From Octopus bimaculoides (taxonomy: Eukaryota), in the NCBI RefSeq assembly GCF_001194135.2, contig NC_068982.1:112151044-112208644 (forward strand): 57,601 bases of DNA, written 5' to 3'. Shown here one piece after another: positions 1 through 12,842 of the stretch. The position numbers and the translations under genes were made by a program. Numbering within the stretch: the stretch's first letter is position 1; the number at the start of each line of letters is the position of its first letter. The notes below the pieces were generated by a model, which was not told the origin of the DNA, made no database searches, and saw nothing but the letters and a program-made list of their open reading frames with translations.

Positions 1-31
<31 letters not shown>

Positions 32-326
32 GTTTACTATCAGCTTTCTCACATAACAGCGTTTTTTGCTTAAACATGGCGCTCTGGCAAAGCTACATAT
101 TATTTCAAATCAGGATGTCTTGCAAAATATTTGATTATCATCATTGGTCTTTTAGATAGATACACAATCACAGATTTATAGCACTTGTATCTTATCAATA
201 TCAGGAAATGAAAAGTTGATTTCAACGATGAAAAGTAATAATTACGTAATAGTGAGAAATCGACATGTTATATATCAAAATGATAAACTCATATTATACT
301 TAAAGAAATCATTGTCAATAAATATT

Positions 327-415
327 CCGGGTCGATAAAATAAAGTACAATCAAATACTGGGGTAGATTTAGACGACTATACCATTATTCCAAAGTCGAG
401 GACTTGTGCCTCTCT
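327..415 (+). mobile_element. SINE family A 3' half
   Basis: GGGTCGATAAAATAAAGTAC...TACTGGGGTAGAT...CTTGTGCC. Confidence 0.7.
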
Positions 416-667
416 CATAAACCAGTGTTCTGAATAGAAAGATTTTGATATTTTACCAAATAGGTATGTTATAATTACCATTTTGAAATTGTTATCGATA
501 TCATTTCCTATTTCACATTACTGAAACAATAAACATATCTTTCGTCGTATGTCACTTAGTATATGATAAATTTGATGAATTTGTTCAAACCATAGTAAAT
601 CCAATTTTCTTTGGGAAGTTGCAACTTTCAAGATAATTATCTGGTGATCAATAATTGTTCATGATTG

Positions 668-812
668 AGGCACCAGGGCAATAATCTTGAGGGAAAGGAA
701 TCAGTCGATGCCATCAACCCCAGTCCTTTGTCTTTCTCTATTTTATCGACTCCAAAATGATGAAAGGCAAAGTTGACCTCATCCTGATTTGAATTTAGAA
801 CGTTAAGACTTA
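668..812 (-). mobile_element. SINE family A copy
   Basis: ATTTTATCGACTCCAAAATGATGAAAGGCAAAGTTGACCTC...GAATTTAGAACGT. Confidence 0.75.
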
Positions 813-1917
813 GAACATATCTCTACCTTAACTGGTAATGAATAATTGAAACAGCAGTAGTTTATATTGGTGAGAGTAGGCAATTGGCGTCAGCGATTAC
901 TCAAAATATTTCATGAGATACTGATATAGAAGTCACAGCAAGTGTGTGTAGATATAACATAAAGTAGGCATGAAATTCACATTACATATTTTATTTAATA
1001 TATACGTATTCTCCGCATAATATATAGAAGATGTATTTTTCTAGATCATCTGTAGATTTATGCAATAAAGCGAGAGCAACAGGCATGATTTGACATTGAA
1101 CCAAAAAAAAAAAGCGTCTGTTTTTATTCTACGGAACTTGGGACTGCGCTGCACTCTGAAAAATTCTAAGGCGATTAAGAATGCCACTGAGTTATGACAG
1201 TATGTTGGATAGACTTGAATAATTTACTCATCAAACGTCTTGTATAACTGATGAGACACTACGAATAGAGGTCTTGTTGCTCATTGTATTCATCTGACGT
1301 GAATTAACTTTGAATATTGAGGAGGTATCATGACCAATGTAAGACTTCTTAATTAAAGGCTCGATGTGGGGAAAGACATGATTAAAATTGTCTTTGAAAA
1401 TCAGTATGTAATACTTTTAATTATGAACGTATATTTCTTAACATCGAAATAACTATTTCATGTACCATGATATTAGCAAATTACGTGTGGAGACGACTGG
1501 AATCGCTGCCACTAACCTCAAATTCAGTGCACTTAATACTAGCATTTCCTTGGAAAAAACATGTACAAATACTGAACACAAGTATTTGTCTTTCATTGCA
1601 TATGAATGTTGCAATATATTAATTATGTTACATGAATGGATTATTCATTATATATATATAAGCAAGATATAAGTTAGAGGTCATGCGACCATCTAAGGGA
1701 TAGATGTATCCGTAGGCACTCCTGGTGTATTACCTCACTATGTATAGTTCTCTTTATAAGGTATACGGTAGTAGATAATTTATAGGTAAAACCGTAGTTT
1801 AATATATATAGACACGATATCTTCTCTATATCGATATCTATCTCTGTCACTGTCCCTCTCTCCCTCTCTCTCTCCCGCCCCCTCTCTCTCTCTATCTATA
1901 TCTATATCTATATCTAT

Positions 1918-1960
<43 letters not shown>

Positions 1961-2279
1961 ATGAATAATCCATCTGTTTCAAATCCAAATAATTCTTTAA
2001 TCCTTTAATTTAATAACAAGTAATGTTAATTTATTAAATTAATTTTGGGCAGTTAACATGAACACTTTATATTTACATGAGTTTCCAACGATAACTACTA
2101 CAATTGGTTAATTTCGAATTTAATATGGTACATAAGGAATGTTAATCTACATGTATATGTAGTATCCGATTCATTTGTAGAACGAAAACATTTTTATTTT
2201 ACAACATGTACGAATCACAAAACTTATATTATCAATTGCAAAAATTTATGGTAATCTTAGATAGATTCTATGTCCCTAC

Positions 2280-2416
2280 CTGCTTTTTCTTTGTATGCTG
2301 AGATTTTCAATTTTACGAATATATTTTCTTTCACCATTATCGCTTTGTTCTTCCTCCGATTTTTCCGCTCCACCAACCGCACCCTTTTCTTGATCTATTC
2401 CTGCTTGAGTCACCAT
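2280..2416 (-). CDS. Candidate ATG-bearing exon (MVTQAGIDQEKGAVGGAEKSEEEQSDNGERKYIRKIENLSIQRKS + 2 nt)
   Basis: TATAAATA about 45 nt upstream, AAGAAGATGG start context, 45 open codons with purine-rich protein-like composition, AG|GTAGGG donor (phase 2). No homolog recognised. Confidence 0.4.
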
Positions 2417-3114
2417 CTTCTTCAAGTTGGTCTGTTGAATTCTTTAACGCAGCCGTATTTATAGTTACTGAAGCTCAACCAAGAATTGGCACCCTTCTTC
2501 CCCCACTATAACAGTAATTAACCTTCTCGCAATGCATAATAAAATAAGTCAAAATTGCAATCAGCAACTCTACCCAATTTCTCAGTATTTAGAACCTTCA
2601 ATTAGCCCATAAATACATCTCATTTGCCATATTTTACCTAATCGCACCAGGCTTCTAAAACGCAACAATTATTCTGAACTAAATTACATTATTGTGTTGC
2701 TTAATTATTGGTGTAATTTAGGGCGGTGGATAGCAGCAATGATATAACAATGGACAAAAAAAGCTTTATAGTAATGAGCAGTGAGTTCAGATCTTACTGA
2801 AGTCAACTTTCTATTCTTCCATGATCGATAAAATAATACAAATCAAGTACTAATGTTGGTTAATGCCACAGGATCCCTATCAGCCAATGCTAGATAAATT
2901 TGTTTCCTTTACGAAGAATGGATGGCAGAATTAGTTGTGGTTTTGCAATATTTAGATAGACTCCCATAGCATTGTGAACTAAAATCCCAACGTTTTCATG
3001 CTTTCGAGGCCTATACAACACTGACAGTAAATTTGGTGGAAGATATCTCTTTAACTGAAACGTATGCCCTTGTGCCAATGTAACAAATTATTATTTGAGA
3101 GATTGAGAGAGATT

Positions 3115-3152
<38 letters not shown>

Positions 3153-3251
3153 GAGACAGACAGACAGAGATAGACAGACAGAGACAGACGAAGACAGATA
3201 GACAGACAGGCAGACAGAGATAGAGAAACAGAGAAACAAGACAGACAGAAA

Positions 3252-3300
<49 letters not shown>

Positions 3301-4848
3301 CAGTTACATGCCTTGCAACTGTTTACCCACTTCTTCTATCATCTGCATTTTAAGTTCAAACCACAACATAGTAGATATTATTTCTAATACACATTGGTCG
3401 ATAGAATAAGTACCAGTTATACATTAGGACTTATTGAATCAACTATAGCACTCCCATACCAAATCATGATTTTCTACTAATATGAAAAGTTATCGATTCC
3501 AAGTCTTTGTTGCTGAAAAAAATTTCTCCCACTAAAAACTTTCGCTAGCTTTCCCATAAAATACAATTAAGTAACCAACACAAGCAAAATGAAGAGCGTC
3601 TACAGTATTTTTGTTAATACATAAATAAGAGAAACTGCTAGTAGAATATGGTAATTGCATACCACTGTTTCAGAAAACTTCTGTTTTCATCGTGTGATAC
3701 AATGACAGTATTCAATATTTCATGTTTACAAATAACTTACAAAAAATATTTACAAGTTATTCGTAATTAATCCCTTGCCTGACCAGGCATTAGTTTATTC
3801 TAAACGTTCATGCTTGTTTTAAAACTTTTAGTTAAACTTTGTTTTGTATGTTCTCAGTAATATAAAGCTTTGCCTTCATAAAGTCCCAAGTTACACTCGT
3901 GGTGAAAAAATAAATAGAAAGAGAAGAAAAAAAATGAAAATAGAAAGGATGTGTACCGTATATGATGCATGTACGCTAAGAAAATATGTCCCGTGTATCA
4001 CATGTGCTATAAAGGGCAGGTAAAGCTTTACAGACTATCGAAGTTTAAATTATAGTCTAATCTTATGTTGGGGGAATGTATAATATCAGTGCTCTTTTAT
4101 TCTTATCCGGTTAGTTGCATACACCGGTTACTGAAAATTTCAATTACATGTAATTAAATGGAATCTTCAGTTATATCAACCATGAAAACGGAAGGGACTG
4201 TACTCCGTTAATATTATCATTTTCATGACATTTTAATAAAATGAAGCCACTTCATAAAATTATCAGTTCTAAAAGTTAACATAACAAGATGTATTTTTAC
4301 AATAGTATTTGGATAACATTTGGCAAATCTTCAACGTTACAATATCAATTTACAAATCTAATCCACCTCAGTCAAAAATTGCTCTTGAATTATTTAATAT
4401 ATTATAAGCTAAAATACTACAATTCATTATATCATTTTTTATCAAAGATGCAAAATCTACAAACTTTGTAGAAGTTGACAAACTTTATCTTTCATCACAG
4501 AGGGACGACCGGATATGTACCTGTCATATACAGATAACTATATAAGTGATAATAACCCTCCCACTAAAGACTACGATATTACATTATATTAAGTCTGACT
4601 TATGCCATGTCATTACTGAATAATAAATTTTAAAGATGCGACTACTTTGTTCTATATTTATTTAATATGATTATAAAAGTATGATTAAAGAAGTATTGAT
4701 CTCAATTACCAACAAGCTACAAGGAATTATCAGTAAACAACAAAAATACTTTGGCCCCAGTATATATAGCTTCAAGACAATAAAACTATATTAAACAATT
4801 TCATATAATAATTGCTCTCAAGGGACATAACTCTTTCTTTTATAACCA

Positions 4849-4930
4849 GCAGAGTTGCGGCCAGTGACCAACGTGCTTGAAGCGAACATCATCTATTGAT
4901 ATTGACATTTTGCTGGAGTTAGCGCCAACT
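4849..4930 (-). mobile_element. Possible piggyBac transposase C-terminal remnant
   Basis: SIDDVRFKHVGHWPQLC resembles the piggyBac D(V/I)R(F/Y)D..GHWP motif preceding the Cys-rich domain; the Cys-rich domain itself is not found. Confidence 0.3.
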
Positions 4931-5230
4931 CTAAAATCAATACACAGCTTTCTTTCTTCTGTTAATTCTAAATTATTTCAATCAAGAAGCTTTCATAGGG
5001 TTTTTTTTGTTGCTATTGCTACCCTATAGACTTATTTTGGATGTAAATTCAAATGTATATTTATATTTTTTGAGGTAGATGACGAGAAAAGTAGAGACGA
5101 ATTTAATGATTATAACTTGGCGTGGGAATATAGATGGACAACAGCAAGCAAGCAATGTATACATACATACATACATACATAATATATGTACATACATATA
5201 CATACATACATATATACATATATTCTATAT

Positions 5231-5275
<45 letters not shown>

Positions 5276-5389
5276 TTGTATAAGTATGTATATGCGTGTT
5301 TGTGTGTTTGTGCAGCCAAACGCATAAACAGATACGTAGATGTATGCGCGCGCGAACATACATAAACACACGCACACAGCCTGAGCTAC

Positions 5390-5453
<64 letters not shown>

Positions 5454-6261
5454 GTTTGTTTGTCAGTTTGTCTGTCTGTCTATCCATCTACCCACACAGC
5501 TTTTCTATACATCATCCTGTAGGTGCACCTGGACACATCCTCAGTGCTGTTTCCTGAAGTTATTGGGTCTTTCGAGTCTTTCAAGAATAAGACACCCTCA
5601 GCCAGGCGACCAGTTTTGAGCATGCCACAACTTTATCCATTCAACACGTATGTATGTATGTATGTATGTATGTATGTATGTATGTATGTATGTATGTATG
5701 TATGTATGTATGTATGTATGCATGCATGTATGTATGTATGTATGTATGTATGTATGTGTGTATGTATGTATGTATGTATGTGTAGGTGTGTACGTGCATA
5801 CATACATACATATATGATGTGTGTACGTATGTCTACGTATGTATGTATTTATGTATGTATGTTTGTATACATGTATGTATATATGTGTCTGTGAGTGTCT
5901 GTATGTGTGTTTGGCTACATATATCTACACAGACTCACATGTGTGTGTTAGAGGGTATGTATGTATGTATGTGGGTATATATGTATATCGCAGTATAAAA
6001 ATAATCAAAAAGCACATCAAAATGTATAATTCCTCAGCTCGAACACTTGGTTCCGATAACATGCAACAGAGAAAACCGTACTAAAGGTGACTCAAGGGCC
6101 AAGCAGGTGGACTTGACTAGGACATATTTTATCTTCCAATCCTCATACAACTAAAAGTCAACAAGAGCTTGGAGATTAAAGGTGTATAACTACATACTGC
6201 AAACCATTTAGTTCGGTGTTTAACGGATTTGGTCAGCCATCACTGGAATAATAATTACTAT

Positions 6262-7230
6262 GAAGTTAAGCAAAACACCAGTAATTTTTATGAGAAGTGG
6301 ATAGTCAAATTGCATCGATAACAGTATTGAATTGGTACTTCATTGTATTTACCCCGCAGAGATGGTAGGCAACATTGATATCGTTAGGATTAGATATAAA
6401 CATTGCAACGTATTTAGTCCGAGGCTCAAACGTTTCTGCCAATCTAATACCCAAAATAGTCGTTTCTAATGAAAGTACAGGGCCAGCAATTTTGTGACAA
6501 AGGCGTTATTTAATACCATCGATCACAGTACAAGACTGGTAGTTTATTTTATCGAAATACAAAGTTAACCTTGGTGATGATTGAACTCTGGATGTAAAGA
6601 GCCAGAACGCATACTGTAAGCGTAGTTTGTAAGTTTAAGGAGGAATATTCCAACACCATTAAACTTACAATTCGAATTGTTTCTTATTTAGGTACAAGAA
6701 GAAATTTGTTGGGTTGAGGCTAGTTGATTAAATCGACCCAGTTTTTGAGTGATGCTTTATTTTATTGATTCTGAAAGGATGAAAGACAAACTTAACCTCG
6801 GTGGGTTTTGATCTGAAAATGTAATGAGCAGGAACAAATATTGCAAGTAATTTTGTCTGAACGCTCCAGGTTATATAACAACGTGAGCTGCAATATTCTA
6901 CAGCCCTCTTTCAGCAATCTGTTTAATAAGACGAGTATTCAGCAATAGTTTATGGCATTCTCTACTTTACATAACAAGGTCAGTACTTAACAATACTGAA
7001 TAATACTCCCAGATTAACAATGCAATCTCTGTAGCTGACATTTGCCAAGCGCTTTTAGAACAAGGTATAAATATTAATTCGATTCATTCAGGTATTAGAT
7101 TGGTACTTTATTTTATCGACCCTATAAATTTGAAAAACAAAACTACCGTCAGCATGATTTGAACTACGAACTTAAACGGCCTTAACTAAATGCAGCAGCG
7201 TCGGATGTTCTAACGATTCAGACAATGCAC
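6262..7230 (-). mobile_element. Cluster of four old, same-orientation SINE family A copies (about 6262-6440, 6475-6625, 6690-6870, 7095-7230)
   Basis: Each carries recognisable pieces of (CCAGCAATTTT)...(CTGGTACTT)ATTTTATCGA...(GAAAG)...(AACCTCGG); boundaries approximate. Confidence 0.65.
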
Positions 7231-7484
7231 CGATTAAATGGAGTAACAATCGTAATTTCAATGTTCGTTGAAGCCATTAAAGTACATGGTGAGAGAAGAT
7301 ACACATTTCACTAGTTAGAAGGAATCTAATATACTAGGTGCAACCGAATAAAATGTAACGTCTCTGTTACAGCTTCATTCTCAGCTTGAATCTAGTTAGC
7401 CATGATGGGTTTCGTATATCTGTAGCCCCAGCATTACTTTGATGGCGTGTGCAGCTCTCTCACTCAATAATAATAATAATCATA

Positions 7485-7521
<37 letters not shown>

Positions 7522-7549
7522 GGAGGAGGAGGATGATGATGAGGATGAT

Positions 7550-8187
7550 GATAAGTGCAGAATCTGTAGACAAAACGGTGAAACCGTATGACATATAACC
7601 AGCCAATGTACGCCACTAGCCCAGAAGGAATATAAGAGCCGCCACGACAATATAAGCAGGCTTGTCCATTGGACACTCTGCAACAAGTATGGACTTACAG
7701 AGCAACAAATTGGTACGACCTGAAGGCATCGTCGAAAATAGAAATGCAAAGATCCTATGAGATTTCATGGTTCAGTGCGACCAGGAGATAGAGAGTAGGA
7801 AGGCGGACATAGTCTTAATTGAGAAAGAAAACAAACTATGCTGGATCATAGATATAGCATGCCAAACAAGGTATGCGATAAGGACGAAAGAAAAGTCGAG
7901 AGACATGGCAGGTTATCTTGGGAAGTTAAGCAGTTGTAGTCGAGGAAAAAGGTAGCAGTAGTAGCAAAAACTGTTGGAGCCCTAGGAGCAGTGAGCAAAA
8001 ATCTCGAGAAGTACGTGGAACAAATGGGGGCTGCAATAAGGGTGGAGCACTTGCAGAAAACAGCACTGCTTGGAACCACTCGAATACTCCGGAATGTTCT
8101 CGAAAAATAAGAGGCGTTACCTTAGTTCACTGGTAGTGAACAGCTGACACCGTAGTACATCTCCAGCGTTAGAAGCTGTACAAACGC
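7550..8187 (+). mobile_element. 5'-truncated, decayed R4/Dong-like non-LTR retrotransposon (CCHC finger + restriction-like endonuclease + 3'UTR)
   Basis: Translates DKCRICRQNGETV*HITSQC..LAQKEYKSRHD, then KIL*DF..CDQEIESRKADIVLIEKENKLCWIIDIAC, and ends VGALGAVSKNL...LQKTALLGTTRILRNVLEK* (TAA 8108-8110). Contains stops and frameshifts; followed by an (AAT)n(AAG)n tail. Confidence 0.9.
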
Positions 8188-8277
<90 letters not shown>

Positions 8278-9311
8278 AAGAAGAACATTGATATAGTTAT
8301 ATATTGATATACTGATAGTATCTTCGTCCTGAGTAAAAACTAACCTATCTTCTCAATGGTAATCATATTTTCTCGTCAAATGATTATGAGTCGAATAATT
8401 ATGAGTTCACACTTTTGAAAGGGAGATAAGCTTTAGGCTAAATGTGGACTCATAAAGATATACAGTTTTCTCTGATTTCAGATATTGCTATTCATTACAA
8501 GTGCTTTGAAAATTTAATTTGAGATTTCGTACATGGATGAAATTTTCTATTAACATTTACATCAGGAGATTTTCTACATATTTACGTACAAACTAATACT
8601 TTCTCATAAGTATCATGTCTAAACATTCAATGAATGTCTAGTACTATATCAATATTTCCTCACCAGAAATCCGTACAGGTTATTGAAGTATGATAAATAT
8701 CAGAGTTAAAAGTTGAAAAAAAAAATGCTGTCTGGAACACGCTATGTCTGTTTCTAATCAAGCAATTATAGAATAGTTTTATAAACTACAGTAATCACCT
8801 TTTATAGCTACGCTATAGCAATCATTGAAGTTTAATTGAAATTGCCTTTATGTGGAATCTTATTTCTATCATTTATCTATTCTGTATATATCTATGTTGT
8901 TAGAACATGGATCTCTGGCGAAAGTTAACTTTGTAATTGATGACGCAGTTGAAGAGTTGTAATCTGATAAGGGACGTAAATGAAATGATTCAGTAAAAGA
9001 TCTAAATATTTGTTCATGACAAAGTAAAGGATTCTTTATCATCCTTATCACTGATCAAATTGAAGAATTTGGTGGGGGGGGGGGGGGNNNNNNNNNNNNN
9101 NNNNNNNNNNNNNNNNNNNNNNNGTATTCGAAAGCGGGGATTTTTGGCAAAAAAAAAAAAAAAAAATGGGGGTGGGGACGGGCGGAATACTTTCCGATTT
9201 TTGAATAGAAAACATTTTCAACTTTGTTAAATACTATTTTGTTAACATAGTTTACGTATACTAAGTAAACAATGTGAACAAGAAAATGAATAATGATCGT
9301 TTAGTACTTAC

Positions 9312-9332
9312 CCTTCCGCTTTAGTATGCCTA
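9312..9332 (-). other. Candidate 21-nt (or 18-nt via TAGTAG) frame-preserving micro-exon
   Basis: Acceptor catttttcgttattgtAG(tag), donor AGG|GTAAGT; open with phase-2 entry (RHTKAE). Confidence 0.25.
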
Positions 9333-11712
9333 CTACAATAACGAAAAATGTAGGATCCAAGGAGGGAACGACAATAAGTTCGCTCTAACTACTGCTAGGA
9401 ATAGCAGCCAAATCTTCCAGATTTCACACCTTTCTTCCCACTATAAAAGTGATGTACAATAGCGTCACACTAGATGCGCACTACTAGAATAAAAGATGAG
9501 GCAGTCACGGCTGGATCACCTTTCATTATGAGTCTGCTCTATCAGTGCTGATGGTAGGTTAAAGAATAATGACAACAACAACACCAGAGAAATGTGAAAT
9601 AAATGTTTAAAAACCTTAATGAAACTCGAAATTGAAATCATAGTAAACAAAATGTAATATTCTACGACAAGAACGTCAAGTGATTCATTAAGTTTTCACA
9701 AAATCTCCGAACAATTCAAACAATTCATTAAAAACACCAAAGAATATTGCATTGACTATATATCACAGATGGTTACTGTTATCAGTTTAATATTAGCTAT
9801 TAAGTATTTCACTATTGCTTACTGTCAATTAATCAAAGTTGAGTCTCACTATAATTCGACAATCAAGCAGTGATTTTGGTTTTATTATTGATGTATTCGG
9901 AAATTCTAGCAAAGCAAACATTAACTAACGCTGGGAACATTGAACGAGTTGTCAGTAATAAACCACTGGCGTCTCAGTACTCATTAATATTTACTTCAGC
10001 AATTGGGTAAGTACTCTGCTAACCCTGTACCCAATCCGGATTTGATTTCCTGTTCATGTCATTAATATACTTGAGAAAGGCATTAAGGAGAAGCGATTTT
10101 ATTCTCGTATAAAAATATATGGTCCAAGCAATAAATCAATACTAAATCTTAGATTCTGTATGGACAGTTTCAATTATCAAGCTTTATGTAAACGTTTTCA
10201 GACAGCAATCTATTAAAATGCTTTAAAATAGTTTCCAGTGCATACGCTATAACTATGTTCATCGATAGATCACAGATCAACAACTAGGGTCGATCTTACC
10301 TTTATTCCGACAGGGTCGATACTATATGTGTATATGTATGTATATATATTTGTGCATGTGTGCGTGCATGCTTGTATGTATGTATGTATGTATGTAATAG
10401 TTAATGTTTCCCTTTAAGTTTGATTGAGCAGACGTAGGACAATGGAATTTCAGTCGTGACTATTTGGTCTGTTTGCATTAATCAGGAACTATATTGTTCA
10501 TCATGTTAAAAGAGAAAGTGTGCAATTTGATGAAAATGTAGCTGCTATTTCTATGACATCAAATGACCTGATATACAAGTCAATACACTACTGTTGATAT
10601 AATCTACCTATGCTTTTATAACCATATACAAAATTGGCAATATACCTAAGAAATCAATATCGCAAGATGGCGTTATCGTCTGCTAGTGTTTGGATGAAAA
10701 CAAACGTTTTAAATATAAAATACAGGAATAAAAATATGAAATTAATTTCAATGAATTAATACCAAGTTGAAATAATATTGCTTGAAAATCGTTGAGAAAA
10801 TACATTTTGTTGGTGGAGACTAATTATAGTTATTATAATGTTTTCGCTAGTGTAGCCCGACATAATGATCGTTTGCTGGCTACTTATTCAGCATCATTTG
10901 TGACCATCTTATCAATTTTAGGATTGTTTGATTTAAACTTCTCCCACCCTTTCACGTCGTTCCCCGCCCCCTACCAACGTTTGCTTCATTCTCCCGATCT
11001 TTTATATCTTTTCTTCCCCTCGTTTACTTCATCTCTCTATCAGAGCGATGATCAAAGCAATTTAGAAGTACAGTCTGACAGTGATGGCTGACAGAAAGGA
11101 TGAAAGCTAACAGTGTCTATAATTAACTGCTTTAAGCCGGTTAATAGGGACAAATCAAAATATCAGCCATAATGGACAGTTGGCCAACTTGTTGTCAGTA
11201 ATAAAGATATGTTCTAGAAGTGACGGTATAAAAGACTGAAAAGGGATAGAGAGAAAGGGAGGAATAAAAACGGGAGTTGAGGAGGTGGAGAAGGGTGTTG
11301 GTGGCTAATGATTTTGTTAAAAGTAATCGTGTTCTATAATGATTTATCTATAACTCAGGAAACCGCAGTGTATCTATTTGAAGGATGTTGTGATGTTCAT
11401 AACAACATCAGAGTAAATAGAAATAAGCATTTTTTTGACACTTCGCATAATGGCATTTGCATATATGTATACATACATACATGCATACATACATGCATGC
11501 ACACATACATATTACCATATGTATGTGTGTGCGTGCGTGTATGTAAGTGTGCATGTGAGTGTAAGTGTGTATAATTGCTTTTGTATCGAATTACAGTAAA
11601 ACTATTTTACTTTAAAGTGAAGGGTTACTCAATACTTTCTTAGAGTACATATTTATTATACTGTTAAAAGAAAAGTAGTGAAATTGACTTTGGAGTTTCA
11701 GCTCTCTTGCCT

Positions 11713-11760
11713 GCGAGTCTGATGATGGCTAGCAGGCTGAAACTTTGAAGTCACTGTCGC
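11713..11760 (+). ncRNA. Type I hammerhead ribozyme motif (Penelope/retrozyme-like)
   Basis: Core CTGATGA (11719-11725), GAAA (11739-11742), GTC cleavage triplet (11750-11752). Stem III ACT/AGT with TTGA loop. Stem II GGCT/GGCT (2 WC + 2 G-U pairs, AGCA loop) after one extra U. Stem I GCGA-GT pairs with AC-(TG)-TCGC. Confidence 0.65.
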
Positions 11761-11795
11761 CATTATTCTTGTAATTTAAATGTATTATCTATATC

Positions 11796-11828
<33 letters not shown>

Positions 11829-11974
11829 NNNNNNNNNNNNNNNNNNNNNNNNNNNNNNNNNNNNNNNNNNNNNNNNNNNNNNNNNNNNNNNNNNNNNNNN
11901 NNNNNNNNNNNNNNNNNNNNNNNNNNNNNNNNNNNNNNNNNNNNNNNNNNNNNNNNNNNNNNNNNNNNNNNNNN

Positions 11975-12010
<36 letters not shown>

Positions 12011-12069
12011 GACACACGCACATACATGCATGCATACATACATACACACATACAGACAAACAGACAGAG

Positions 12070-12395
12070 CATAGGAGGAACCTAGTTTCAATGTGGCTAG
12101 ATTACAAGAAAGCCTTTGACTCTGTCTCCCATTCATGGATGCTAGAAGCTCTTCAACTTGCTAAAGTTCTACTGAAAATAGTCAAAGCCATAGCTGACCT
12201 GACTTCATCGTGGGACACTATCTTGAAATTAAACACAAAGAACGACCGGATTATTACCGATAGAGTACAATATCGCAAAGGCATATTCCAAGGAGACAGC
12301 CTCTCTATGATGTTCTTTATACTTTCTGTAAACCTCTTGTCATTCATGTTAAGGAAGTCTGAAGGGTATCTCACAGGTTCACATGGAAACAGAAA
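12070..12395 (+). mobile_element. Internal reverse-transcriptase fragment of an R2/R4-superfamily LINE
   Basis: HRRNLVSMWLDYKKAFDSVSHSW...YRKGIFQGDSLSMMFFILSVNLLSFML: typical non-LTR RT motifs. About 108 codons without a stop, cut off before the YxDD motif, bounded by microsatellites. Confidence 0.9.
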
Positions 12396-12828
12396 TATAT
12401 ATCTTATTGCTTTATATATATTTTTCTGTACATTACCTTTCACCCTGCATATTTGTGCATGTGTGTATAGGGACATGTGTATGAACATAATTGTGCGCGT
12501 ATGGGTACATATAGGTGTGTGTGTGGGTGTGCATGTATGCGTTTCAGGCGATGTGAGTGAGCATATGCATATATGCACATGCACGTGGGTGTGCGTGCGT
12601 GCGTGCATGTGCATGCGCGGATACGCGGGTTCTATTAGCATGAGTTTACCTTCTTCGAGTATCTTTTACTTTCTCCCTATTCGGGTAATTTCATTCCTTG
12701 CATTTGTAAACTACGATAAGAATAACACTGGTCAACAAAGAATTTGTCCCTGGTGTGAAGAATTAAGTGTGGAAAATCAACATACACAACAGCGGCACAG
12801 ACATCAGTGAACCACAGCGCTGCGTGTG

Positions 12829-12842
12829 GTTGTCATGGTAAC
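12829..12842. promoter_or_regulatory. RFX X-box motif GTTGTCATGGTAAC with nearby CCAAT boxes
   Basis: Matches RTHNYYWTRRNRAC; ATTGG at 12870-12874 and CCAAT at 12906-12910. Confidence 0.3.

Noticed and set aside
1240-1280. CTGATGAG...GAAT...GTC hammerhead-like string
   Set aside because: GAAA is GAAT and stem III cannot form.
4130-4175. Minus-strand CTGAAGA...GAAA around the palindrome AATTACATGTAATT
   Set aside because: An eight-nt unpaired spacer and no stem III/NUH.
8906-8961. Possible + terminal exon HGSLAKVNFVIDDAVEEL*
   Set aside because: Short, no recognisable homology and no linked upstream exon.
9071-9185. G-rich tracts (G-quadruplex potential)
   Set aside because: Adjacent to a gap, where homopolymer length is unreliable.
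11058-11120. Inverted-repeat arm as a hammerhead variant
   Set aside because: The core is interrupted by CAG, and stems II and III do not pair.
12396-12810. C-terminal half of the 239-aa ORF at 12091
   Set aside because: After about 12395 it reads through TA/TG-rich simple sequence; only the N-terminal part is RT.
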